Source of the DNA: Acidimicrobiia bacterium
GTDB taxonomy: Bacteria > Actinomycetota > Acidimicrobiia > Spongiisociales > ZC4RG35
NCBI GenBank assembly: GCA_965203555.1
Contig: CBDBCY010000004.1
Coordinates: 2,784,001 to 2,848,000 of the forward strand
Direction of reading: 5' to 3'
DNA: 64,000 bases
The notes beneath the pieces are model-generated. The model was not told the DNA's origin, searched no databases, and saw nothing but the letters and a program-made list of their open reading frames with translations. The position numbers and the translations under genes are program-made. Positions 50,135 through 59,863 of the stretch are shown piece by piece. The first letter of the stretch is position 1, and each line of letters starts with the position of its first letter.

Positions 50135-51263
50135 ATGACGGTGGCCGTTTCGGAGCCGGTGTTCATCTCCGTCGATGATCTCCGGTTTGATCAGGTCAAC
50201 CCGCGTTTCCACGGGGAGGAACAGGGCGAGCCGCAGGAAGCCATCCTGAAACGACTCTGGCGCGAGTTTGCCGTGGATGAAATCGCACTGTCGATCGCCG
50301 CCGCCGGGTTCTTCCTTCATGATCCGGTTTTCGCGATCCCTGATGGAAGGAGTGGGTGAATCTTCCTATGTGGTTATAGAGGGCAATCGGCGGCTGGCCG
50401 CGGTCAAGCTGTTGCGGTCGAGGAACCTGCGACGCAAGGTAAAGGCGACCGACCTGCCCGGCATCAACGAAGAGGATCGACGAAGACTGGACACGATCCC
50501 GGTAATCGTCACCAGCCGGAAGGAAATCTGGCCGCTGATCGGCTTCAAGCACATAAACGGACCGCAACACTGGGACTCCATGGCCAAAGCCGAATACATC
50601 GCTTGGGTGTTCAGGGAGACGGGGGTACCTCTCATGGACATTGCCCTACAACTTGGCGATCGTCACGACACCGTCGTACGGTTGTACAGTGGTCTCACAG
50701 TGCTGGAGCAAGCAGAATCGGCAGACCAATTCCACCGTAAGGACCGCTTCTTTAAGTTCTTCCACTTTTATCACCTCTACACCGCACTCGGTTACCGAGG
50801 AGTGATGGACTATCTCGGCACCAGTAGTGAAAAACTCCGTTCTGCCCATGACGAGCCGGTACCGCCTGACAAGCTTGATAACCTGGGTCGATTGTGCCGT
50901 TGGCTCTACGGCGACAAGACCCGCAGCGAACCGCCCTTGGTTAGACGCCAGAATCCTGATCTGCGAGATCTGAGCACAACATTGGAAACCGAGGTGGGCA
51001 GGGCGGCATTGGAGAGCGGGCAAGGCTTGAAGAGGGCACTAGATATTACCAAGGGTGACACGCGAATCCTTCGAGACGCACTGATAGAAGCGAAGATTGC
51101 CTTGCAGACAGCCAGAGGCAGAGTGGCAACAGGGTATGCGGATGCTCCCGACATACGGGATTACGCCAGGGATGTCCTTGTGCTGGCGCGTGCTGTAGAT
51201 GAAGATATCCGGCAAATGGATGCGACAACGATCACTCGAGATGGCTACTCCGGCTATCGATGA
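50135..51263 (+). pseudogene. ParB/Sulfiredoxin N-terminal domain protein, frameshift at ~50345
   Basis: LRFDQVNPRF...SIAAAGF..DP, then YVVIEGNRRLAAVK, GFKHINGPQHWDSMAKA in another frame. Confidence 0.8.
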
Positions 51264-51396
51264 TCAGCACGCGGATTACTTGGAGTTGTTGGCCTTGATG
51301 ATGGACGACAGATCGGCTTCCATGAGCGACGTGGGTAGAGACCTCGCTCAGGATGGGGGTTTGGGCGAACTGCCCGGAGAAGCGGATTCTGCCCAG
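51241..51396 (+). pseudogene. 5' fragment of a gene coupled to the ParB-like gene
   Basis: MATPAIDDQHADYLEL... overlaps the ParB-like stop and is cut by the 48-bp repeat. Confidence 0.5.
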
Positions 51397-51444
51397 GATC
51401 GTCGCCCGAAAACGCTTCGCCCGCCTCCTCGACCTGACCACCGC
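51397..51444. repeat. 48-bp direct repeat, copy 2
   Basis: Identical to 49985-50032. Confidence 0.92.
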
Positions 51445-51631
51445 GGCGTAATCAACCTCCACACCTGGTTTGTCACAGCAGCTGACCAATCTGAGGAGAT
51501 AGCCCGGAAGCATATAGATGACAATATTGGGAGGTTGTATGGAAAGGGTGGTGCAGGGTTTTCTAGAACTGGGTAGGAATCATTCAAAAGGGAGAAGCTC
51601 TCGGACCACCGGTTACCTCATCCAATCGGGG

Positions 51632-52528
51632 ATGACCGGTAAAATTGATCCCATCGGATTGCAGCAGATCGAAATATCGCCCATTCCTGCGGTCAATGTT
51701 GCTTCGGTACCGCAACGTAGCCCGCTCCGGTACCCCGGCGGCAAGACCTGGCTGGTTCCTCACATTCGCGCCTGGCTGGAGGACTACTCAGAAAGACCCG
51801 GTTTGCTGCTTGAACCCTTCGCCGGGGGTGGGATTGTCTCGTTGACCGCTGTGATGGAAGATCTGGTGGACCAGTGTCTCTTGGTTGAACTGGACCGCGA
51901 TGTCGCTGCCCTTTGGCACGCCGCTCTTCGAAATGGAGACGAGCTTGCCGAGAAGGTGCTGTGCTTCACTCCTACCAGGGATGCAGTGCACTCTTTGATG
52001 GCCCGAGTGCCTGAGAATGTCCTGGAGCACGGCTTCCGCACCCTCGTGTTGAACCGTACCCGTAGGGGCGGAATCCTCGCTCCCGGCGCATCTTTCACCA
52101 AGAGAGGGGAGAATGGGAAGGGGCTGGCGTCTCGTTGGTACCCGGAGACGATCGCCAAGCGGTTGGGGGAGATTGCCAAACACGCAAACCGTATCGGCTT
52201 TTGCGAGACCGATGGAATGCAGATGCTATCGGCATTCTTGCATCAACTCGGTGAAGGAGTCGTGCTCTTCATCGATCCTCCCTATACGGCAGGTGGCAAG
52301 CGGGCAGGGAGGCGTCTTTACGCTCACAACGAGTTGGACCATCCCCGGCTTTTTGAGATGCTTGCTGAGAGCGACGCTGATTTCCTCATGACCTACGATC
52401 TGTCGTCGGAGATTGTTACCTTGGTGCGGGAACACGGCTTTCACGCAGTCCAAGTAATCATGAAGAACACCCACCATGCCCGCATCCCGGAACTAGTGAT
52501 CACTCCACGGCCCGTCTTCGGGCCATGA
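51632..52528 (+). CDS. DNA adenine methyltransferase (Dam/D12 class)
   Basis: SPLRYPGGKT, EPFAGGG, NRT, DPPY, MTYD. Confidence 0.92.
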   Translation: MTGKIDPIGLQQIEISPIPAVNVASVPQRSPLRYPGGKTWLVPHIRAWLEDYSERPGLLLEPFAGGGIVSLTAVMEDLVDQCLLVELDRDVAALWHAALRNGDELAEKVLCFTPTRDAVHSLMARVPENVLEHGFRTLVLNRTRRGGILAPGASFTKRGENGKGLASRWYPETIAKRLGEIAKHANRIGFCETDGMQMLSAFLHQLGEGVVLFIDPPYTAGGKRAGRRLYAHNELDHPRLFEMLAESDADFLMTYDLSSEIVTLVREHGFHAVQVIMKNTHHARIPELVITPRPVFGP

Positions 52529-52560
52529 CAACCCGTTTCTTCGGGCCATGACAACTCGTT
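52515..52560 (+). repeat. 2 x 23-bp tandem duplication at the MTase/REase junction
   Basis: TCTTCGGGCCATGACAACCCGTT TCTTCGGGCCATGACAACTCGTT (1 mismatch). Confidence 0.9.
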
Positions 52561-53426
52561 TTGGGATAGCGGAGTGGTACGGACACCCTCTTCTGGCGCT
52601 CTCGGCCCAAGATCGGAGGGTCCTGGCCAGGAAGGCGCTCCGAGAAGAGAGCGGGACTCCGCCTTGTCCATTTCAGGAAGGCAGGCCTCCTTGCCGTAAA
52701 CGCGGCGGCGTTTGCTCTCTCCGCCGCTATCAAGAAGGCGAGAGGGGTCGGATAGCCCAGGCGGTGGAGGATCCGGTGGTAGTCTGCCCCGCTCGCTTTG
52801 AGGAAGGACATATGCTGGTCGGGTGGTTGGCTGAGATCGTCGGGTTCTCCGCAGCGAAGACCAAACTCGCCAGGGAGGTCCCCTTCATGGAGGGAACTAC
52901 CACCGGGAAGCCGGCGGGGAAGATCGATATGGTGGTGGCCAGAACTTCCAACGGTGATCTCGACTGGTACGGCCTTGAGATTCAGGCGGTATATTTCTCG
53001 GGCAGGGGCATGGACTCCGAGTATCAGACATTGCGAGACGATGACTGTGCCGAGCCCCCGTTTCCGGGAGCGGTCCGCAGGCCGGATTGGCGATCCTCGA
53101 GCGCCAAGCGCCTCATGCCACAACTTCAGATCAAAGTGCCCACCTTGCGAAGGTGGGGCTCCAAGTTGGCCGTGGCTGTGGATCGGCCTTTCTTTGATTC
53201 CATGGGAGGGCCGAGTTCCAATCCAAGCCACGATCTGAATGAAGGTGACATCGTATGGATGGTGCCAAAGTTATCGAAAGACACCAATGGGAAATACACG
53301 CTTTCACATGACCATTGGGAAGTTCTCACTTTGGAAGATTCCAGCAGGAAACTGCTTGCTGCAAGGACGATCCCACGTGGGGCATTCGAGCAAACTCTCC
53401 GAGACAAGCTGCAACTCATAGGTTGA
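52548..53426 (+). CDS. NotI-family restriction endonuclease
   Basis: CPF...C.K.GGVCS...CPARF four-Cys motif; IDMV...LEIQAVY; RRPDWRSSSAKRLMPQL. Confidence 0.85.
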   Translation: MTTRFGIAEWYGHPLLALSAQDRRVLARKALREESGTPPCPFQEGRPPCRKRGGVCSLRRYQEGERGRIAQAVEDPVVVCPARFEEGHMLVGWLAEIVGFSAAKTKLAREVPFMEGTTTGKPAGKIDMVVARTSNGDLDWYGLEIQAVYFSGRGMDSEYQTLRDDDCAEPPFPGAVRRPDWRSSSAKRLMPQLQIKVPTLRRWGSKLAVAVDRPFFDSMGGPSSNPSHDLNEGDIVWMVPKLSKDTNGKYTLSHDHWEVLTLEDSSRKLLAARTIPRGAFEQTLRDKLQLIG

Positions 53427-53466
53427 TCGGGAATCTACGGTTGGGTAAAGGAGAGGAGTAGATGGT

Positions 53467-53547
53467 ATGAGCAACCAGAAGCTTTGGGAACGCCTGCAGG
53501 AACGGTTGAATCACAAGATCCAGAATTTCGCGGGAGTGGCGGGAGTC
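53467..53547 (+). pseudogene. 5' fragment of a serine hydrolase paralog
   Basis: MSNQKLWERLQERLNHKIQNFAGVAGV versus MSNRGLWERLEKRVGQKIEGFAGLAAV at 55487; has its own RBS. Confidence 0.75.
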
Positions 53548-53582
53548 CCGGATGACTATTCTGGGCCAGGGCTAAGGAGAGG

Positions 53583-54116
53583 TTGAGAGCGACCGTGCTC
53601 TTTCTTTACATTTTCGGGCTGGCAGTCGGTTTGCCGTTGCTGCTCGTTTTCGCCTTCGGCGGAGAACTGGGCGCGGACACCGACACCGGCTCGGAAGGGG
53701 GTTTCTTCTCGTGGGTGTCGATCAGCGCCGTTTCCTTTGGGGCTGTGTTCTTCGGTCTGGCCGGTTTGATCACGGTCTGGACGGGTCTCGCCGCCATTCC
53801 AGGGTTACTGATCGCGGTCGGGTTTGGCGTTCTGGGGGCATCTTTTCACAACGCCCTGTTCGGTTGGCTGCGCCGTAGCGAAGCCTCCAGCGAGGTGACC
53901 AAAATCGATCTGGTGGGCGCCAACGCCATAGTGGTGCTGGAGGTCTCCACCGAGCACAGAGGCCAGATAGTCGTCGATGCGGCCGGCGCCCGCCATAGAA
54001 TGACTGCCTCGCCCGCCGATCGGGATGACCGGTTAAAAAAAGGCGACAGGGTCACCATCGTAGGAATGGAAGGTGGATTGGCCCTAGTCGGAAGACAAAG
54101 AGAGAAGGAAAACTGA
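53583..54116 (+). CDS. NfeD-like membrane protein
   Basis: N-terminal TM helices, C-terminal OB-like part (LVGANAIV...GQI...GDRVTIV); upstream of flotillin. Confidence 0.8.
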   Translation: MRATVLFLYIFGLAVGLPLLLVFAFGGELGADTDTGSEGGFFSWVSISAVSFGAVFFGLAGLITVWTGLAAIPGLLIAVGFGVLGASFHNALFGWLRRSEASSEVTKIDLVGANAIVVLEVSTEHRGQIVVDAAGARHRMTASPADRDDRLKKGDRVTIVGMEGGLALVGRQREKEN

Positions 54117-54118
54117 CA

Positions 54119-55420
54119 ATGGACACCTCATTAATTCCTGCCGTGGCCGGTGTGGGTCTGGCCCTAGTGGTCTTGATCATGATCTTCATCTTCAAGTCTT
54201 TGATCATTATCTGCCCACCCAACCGGGTGGCCGTCATTTCCGGACGTAAACGGGCGCTGGCCGACGGGCGCCTGGTCGGCTACCGCCTCCTACAGGGGGG
54301 TCGTACCATCCGTATCCCCATGATCGAGCGGGTCCAGTGGATGAATCTGAACACCATTCCGTTGCAGGTGGCGGTGACCAACGCCTATTCGCGGGGGACG
54401 ATTCCTCTCAATGTGGAGGGGATCGCGAATGTGAAAGTCTCCAGCCGGGAAGGTTTGCTGGAGAACGCCGCCGAGCGGTTCCTGGGACGGAGCAGCGCAC
54501 AGATCGGGCAGATCGCCAAGGAAACGCTGGAAGCCAACCTCCGTGGAGTCCTGGCCACTCTGTCACCGGAGGAGGTGAACGAGGACCGGCTCAAGTTCTC
54601 CCATCAGTTGATCGACGAGGCGGACGACGACATCAAGACCCTGGGATTGGAGCTTGATGTCCTAAAGATCCAGAACGTCACCGACGACGTCGACTATCTG
54701 ACCTCGGTGGGACGCCAACTCACTGCCAAGGTGGTGCGCGACGCCCGGGTGGCGGAAGCCGAGCGCAAAGCCGAAGCGGAAAAAGCCGAGGCCAACTCGC
54801 GACAGGTGGGACAGATTGCCGGCATCGAGGCGGACAAGGCGATCGTGGTGGAACGCAATGCCCTGCGGGTTCGCACCGCTGAATTGGAGGCAGTCTCCAA
54901 CGCCCGGGAGGAGGAGGCGCTGGTGGCGGGAGATGTCGCCCGAGTGGTGGCCAGCCAGGAACTGGAAGGCCAGCGCATCGAACTGGAGAAGCGACGGGTA
55001 GAAGCAGCTGTGGTAGTTCCCGCCCGAGCCGAGTTGGAAGCTCAACAGTTGCAGGCCCGGGCCGAAGCGGCATCCATCATCGAGGACGGGAAGGCCCAGG
55101 TTGAGGTGTTCAGGCTCCTCACCGACCAGTACCAGGCGGCCGGAAAGGACGGCCACCACGTACTGGTTCTCAACATGCTTCCCGAACTGATCGACAAGAT
55201 CGTCGCCACGGTGCAAGGAGTCAATATCGACCGGGTGGCAGTGGTGGACTCCAACGGCGAGCGGGGCGCCGGCGGCGGAGGCATACCCGGCCTGGTTTCC
55301 CAACTGCCGGCCGCACTGGTGGCTCTGACCGAACAGATAGACGCCGCCACCGGAGTGGACATCCTGGCTTCGCTGCGCCGTAGTGAAGAAGGGCAAACCG
55401 AAGACGACGGTACGGCATAG
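54119..55420 (+). CDS. Flotillin (SPFH domain) protein
   Basis: N-terminal TM, ETLEANLRG, Ala/Glu-rich coiled coil. Confidence 0.9.
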   Translation: MDTSLIPAVAGVGLALVVLIMIFIFKSLIIICPPNRVAVISGRKRALADGRLVGYRLLQGGRTIRIPMIERVQWMNLNTIPLQVAVTNAYSRGTIPLNVEGIANVKVSSREGLLENAAERFLGRSSAQIGQIAKETLEANLRGVLATLSPEEVNEDRLKFSHQLIDEADDDIKTLGLELDVLKIQNVTDDVDYLTSVGRQLTAKVVRDARVAEAERKAEAEKAEANSRQVGQIAGIEADKAIVVERNALRVRTAELEAVSNAREEEALVAGDVARVVASQELEGQRIELEKRRVEAAVVVPARAELEAQQLQARAEAASIIEDGKAQVEVFRLLTDQYQAAGKDGHHVLVLNMLPELIDKIVATVQGVNIDRVAVVDSNGERGAGGGGIPGLVSQLPAALVALTEQIDAATGVDILASLRRSEEGQTEDDGTA

Positions 55421-55486
55421 CCAGGCTCCTTCACGATCTGGAGCAGCAGGCGAGGAGACCGTTACCGCGGTCGAGGAGCAAATGAA

Positions 55487-56332
55487 ATGAGCAATAGAGG
55501 GCTGTGGGAGCGCTTAGAGAAACGGGTGGGACAGAAGATCGAGGGCTTCGCGGGACTGGCGGCGGTTTCGGTGTTGGATCTGGAGCGTGGAGACGGATTC
55601 TCCATCCGCGGCGACGAGGTGTTTCCCACCGCGTCATCCATCAAGATTCACATCCTGACACAGCTGTTGACCCGCTCCGAGCGGGGTGAGATCGACCTTG
55701 CCGACCGCGTCAGGATTACCCCGGAGATGTACGGAAGGGGCAGCGGGGTGGTCCACTACATGGAGAGCGAACCCGAACTGTCGGTGCTGGACATCGCCAT
55801 CCTGATGATCATCGTGTCGGACAACACGGCAACCAACATGTGTATCGACTGGGCGGGCATGGAGGCAACCAACGCGCTGTTGGAAGACATGGGCCTCGAG
55901 AACACCAAGCTGAGGCGCAAGATGATGGACAGCGAAGCCATAGACCGCGGTGAAGAGAACATCTCGACGCCGAACGAACTGGTGGCGATGATGGAGATGC
56001 TGTATCGGGGGAAGCCGTCGCCGACGGTGGCGGAGCAGGTCCTGCGCATCCTGGGAAAGCCCAAGTCCGCGCCGTTGAACCGCGCGATCCCGCCCAACCT
56101 GGCGGTTGCCAACAAGTCGGGCGGAATGGAACGGGTCCGCTGCGACGTTGGAATCGTGTTTCTCCCAAACCGGCCCTACGCCATCACGGTGATGACCAAG
56201 TTCGGGCTGCACGACTCCACAGCCAGCGAAGCGTTGATCGTGGACGTGGCCCGCGACGTACACCAGACCATGGTGGCGCTGGCCAGCACCAACGACTACG
56301 GGTTGGGTGTTCTCACCTTCACGAGTTACTGA
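55487..56332 (+). CDS. Class A beta-lactamase-like serine hydrolase
   Basis: FPTASSIK, SDN, KSG motifs; no signal peptide. Confidence 0.88.
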   Translation: MSNRGLWERLEKRVGQKIEGFAGLAAVSVLDLERGDGFSIRGDEVFPTASSIKIHILTQLLTRSERGEIDLADRVRITPEMYGRGSGVVHYMESEPELSVLDIAILMIIVSDNTATNMCIDWAGMEATNALLEDMGLENTKLRRKMMDSEAIDRGEENISTPNELVAMMEMLYRGKPSPTVAEQVLRILGKPKSAPLNRAIPPNLAVANKSGGMERVRCDVGIVFLPNRPYAITVMTKFGLHDSTASEALIVDVARDVHQTMVALASTNDYGLGVLTFTSY

Positions 56333-56715
56333 TACGAGTCTCTGCCAGTTGCGACTCAGGGAGTGGTGCGCAGTCGCCGGGTAGCGCGAGTAACCAGCCA
56401 CGGCGAACCAGGAAGCTAGGCAAAAACTCGCGAAAATCCCCCTCTCGGGCCCACCCCCGCCTCCACCGCGCCGTAGGTCTGGCAGGTTTCAGCCCAGCCG
56501 GGACTGGGGCTGATTGATCAGACCGGATGATCCCTTGCGCGGCCCGTGTGACGCCGGACGGGCCGGTTCGGTGTTTGGCTTCTGTCACTATGAGACATCG
56601 GTGGGACAAAGTCAACCCTGGGGCGCAGATTTCTTTGCCGAACGGATCCCGAACAGGAGGAATGCCTGAGCCACACCCCCGTCACAGGCCGGATCAGGGG
56701 CCGGTCAGGGACTCC

Positions 56716-58030
56716 CTAGCCTGCTGGTCCTCCCGGTCCGACCTCGTAGACCACGCTCTCTCTGGTGGCCTGGATGTTGGTGGAGTCGAGATGTTCGTGG
56801 ATCACCACCCGGGAGGCGCCGCAGTCCCCGAACTCGTCGCAGCTGAGGACGCCGGTCACTCCCTGGAAGCCGGACAGGTTGTCGAGGTACTCTCGTACCC
56901 CGGCCCGGTCTATCACCAGGGCACTGTCTCCAGAGCGCAGGTAAGAGGCTGCGGTGATGGCGTCGAGAAGCAGGACCGTGGCGTCGTAGGCATGCCCCCA
57001 GAACGTGCCGGTGGGCGGTTCGCCATCGGCTTCCAGATACCGGGCCTCGAGTTCCGGAGCGCTCCATCCGGTGCTCTGGTTGGTGTTGTTTCCGAAGCGT
57101 GTGTTGGGACCTGATATGTACATGCCTTCGCTCTCGGGCAGCGAGAGGAAAGTCGTCGCCGAGCAGCCCGTCGGCGCCGGCGAACACGGTCTCGGAGAAG
57201 GCCGGCATCTCGGCAGCCTGCTCCACCAGGACGCCGCCGGTGGGGAAGAAGATCGGGAAGAACAGGGCGTCGGGAGAGGTCTCGGCGATCTCGGTCAGCA
57301 CCGGCATCAGGTCCTCTTCCCTCCGTTCGACCTCCCAGGTACCGGTGATCGTGCCCCCGTGTTCCTCGAAGGCGGCGGAGAAGGCGGTGGCCAGACCCTC
57401 GGTGTAGGGGCCTCCGTCGTGCACGACCGCGGCGGTGGAGACATCCTTGTCATACAGGAAGTGCGCCATGGCCTCGCCCTGGATCAGATCGTTGTGTGCG
57501 GTGCGGTAATAGCCGGGGAAGTGGCTCCCTCCCTCGGTGCCGGCCAGGTCCGATGTCAGCGAGGGAGCGGTGTTGGATGGCGAGATCAAAACCATTCCGG
57601 CGCTGGTGATGAGAGGAGACGCCTCGGCCGCGGCCGCCGAACAGTTGGTTCCGACCACCCCCACCACGTCACCTTCGGCGATCACCAGTGAACCGGTGAT
57701 CATTCCCCCCTCGGGAGAGCACATGTCGTCGAGGCCCACGCCCAGGTCGACCCGGAAGCCGTGGATGGTCCCATAGTCCTCCACGGCGTAAACGATGGCC
57801 CTTTCAGCGGAGTTTCCCAACAGAGCGATGTCCCCGGGGTTGGTGTAGACCGAGCGGATCTGGACGCTGTCGCCCTGCGCCACCTCCACGGTACCCAGCG
57901 ATCCGTCGCCGAGATACTCGGGCGTCCCGCCACCACAGGCGGCGCCTACCAGCAGAAGGACCGTCAAGGTGGCCGTCAAGAGGTGTGTTCGGGAGATTTC
58001 TTTAGTCTGTTGCTTCGTTTTGGTGTTCAT
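56716..58030 (-). pseudogene. Branched-chain amino acid-type ABC substrate-binding lipoprotein, 1-bp insertion at ~57150
   Basis: Paralog of 58159..59454. Homology continues in another frame after ADGLLGDDF. Confidence 0.85.
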
Positions 58031-58158
58031 CCCGAGACGATATGGTACGGATGACCTCGTGTGATGTATGGGAATTGCGATCGGTCGCCAATCTCAAGGG
58101 ATGGAAATCTGGGTCAGCGAGGGGATTCTGCGATGGCGGCCGGCCAGTGAATGCCCCA

Positions 58159-59454
58159 TCAGGGTCCGACCTCGAACACCACGCTGTCTCGGGTGGCTTG
58201 GAGGGTTGTTGAATCAAGGTGTTCATGGATCACCACCCGCGAGGCGCCGCAATCTCCGAATTCGTCACAATTCAATTCTCCGGTGATCCCCTGAAATCCC
58301 GAGAGGCTGTCGAGGTACTGTCGCAGGCCGGCCCGGTCGACGACCAGGACGTCATCGGAACGGATGTAGGAAGAGGCTGCGATGGCGTCGAGAAGCAGCA
58401 CGGTTGCGTCATAGGCATGACCCCAGTACGCGCCTTCGGGAGGCTCTCCGTCGATGTCCTGGTAGCGGGCCACGAGTTCTGCGGCGCTCCATCCGGTGCT
58501 CTGGTTGGTGTTGTCTCCGTAGCGGGTGTCGGGACCCGAGATGTATATGCCCTCGCTTTCGGGCAGGGAGAGGAAGCTGTCGTAGAGCAACGCATCCGCC
58601 GCCATGAACACCGTTTCCGAGAAGGCGGGCATGTCTGCGGCCTGCCTCACCAGATAACCGCCGGTGGGAACGCGAATCGGGAAGAACAGGGCCTCCGGGT
58701 CGCTCTCTGATATCTCGGTCAACACCGGAAGGAGGTCCTGAGCTGCATGTTCCACTTCCCAAACGCCCGTGACAGAACCGCCGCGCTCCTCGAAAGCGTC
58801 GGAAAAAGCGATGGCCAAACCCCGGGTATAAGCATCTACTTCATGAACAACGGCCACCCTGGAAATGCCTTCCGCGTTGAAGAAACGAGCCACGGTCCGG
58901 CCCTGTACCAGATCGTTGTGAGCGGTTCGGTAGTAACCGTGAAAGTGGCTCTCGCCTTCGTGGCCGGCCAGGTTCGACGTCAGGGACGGGGCGGTGTTCG
59001 ATGGAGAGATCAGGACCATTCCGGCACCGGTAATCAGTGGCGAGGCTTCCACGGCCGCCCCCGAACATCTTGTGCCGATTGCACCCAAGACGTTCCCCTC
59101 GGCAACCACCAGGGAGCCGGCGATCATCCCCCCTTCGGGCGAGCACATTTCGCTGAGTCCCACACCCAGGTCGACTTCGAAACCGTGGATCGTTCCGTAG
59201 TCCTCGACCGCGAACACGATGGCCTTCTCGACGGAGTTTCCCAACAGAGCGATGTCCCCGGGGTTTGTGTAAACGGAACGGATCTGGATCGCCTCGCCGG
59301 GCGCCATCTCCACGGTTCCCAGTGAGCCGTCACCGAGGTACTCCACCGGTATGTCCGCACCGCCACAGGATGCAGATGCCAGCCCCACCATGGTCAGAAC
59401 AGCGACCAGTAAACGCGGAGTGGAGGGCTTATTGCCTGGTAAAAGTCTCAACAT
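58159..59454 (-). CDS. Branched-chain amino acid-type ABC substrate-binding lipoprotein
   Basis: Lipobox SASC, ISPSNTAPSLT, YYRTAHND, AYDA, FQGITG. Confidence 0.9.
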   Translation of the reverse strand: MLRLLPGNKPSTPRLLVAVLTMVGLASASCGGADIPVEYLGDGSLGTVEMAPGEAIQIRSVYTNPGDIALLGNSVEKAIVFAVEDYGTIHGFEVDLGVGLSEMCSPEGGMIAGSLVVAEGNVLGAIGTRCSGAAVEASPLITGAGMVLISPSNTAPSLTSNLAGHEGESHFHGYYRTAHNDLVQGRTVARFFNAEGISRVAVVHEVDAYTRGLAIAFSDAFEERGGSVTGVWEVEHAAQDLLPVLTEISESDPEALFFPIRVPTGGYLVRQAADMPAFSETVFMAADALLYDSFLSLPESEGIYISGPDTRYGDNTNQSTGWSAAELVARYQDIDGEPPEGAYWGHAYDATVLLLDAIAASSYIRSDDVLVVDRAGLRQYLDSLSGFQGITGELNCDEFGDCGASRVVIHEHLDSTTLQATRDSVVFEVGP

Positions 59455-59501
59455 TGGTGAAGAGAACGATAATTGTTTATCTTCAGTTAATAGAGGAATG
59501 T

Positions 59502-59861
59502 TCAGAGATCGGCTTTTTCCCGGGCTTCTTCATATTGATGCAATGCCACCAAAAAGCCTATGAACAGGACGGCGGAAACCACCGTATAGGCAATCGGGAC
59601 GATCCGCACCTCGAAAGCGTTGAGTCCCTCGATGTTGGCCGGGCGAGGTCCCCGCGGCGCATAGAGCACGAACAACAGGCTCCCGATCGTCATCCAGGCC
59701 GAAATCCCGGCGCCGGTGACCAGGAAGGCGAGTTTTTTGCCAAGGTTGGTGTAGTTCAACAGGTATATGGTGCCGTAGAACACCAGGATGGCCGTCAACA
59801 GCAGGATGATCCCGGTGACGAACAGATTGGCCGAGAGCAGGGAGCGGAAAAGTTCGCGCAT
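59502..59861 (-). CDS. Small membrane protein at the end of the cytochrome bc operon
   Basis: Three hydrophobic segments; starts 2 nt after the cytochrome c stop. Confidence 0.7.
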   Translation of the reverse strand: MRELFRSLLSANLFVTGIILLLTAILVFYGTIYLLNYTNLGKKLAFLVTGAGISAWMTIGSLLFVLYAPRGPRPANIEGLNAFEVRIVPIAYTVVSAVLFIGFLVALHQYEEAREKADL

Positions 59862-59863
59862 TT

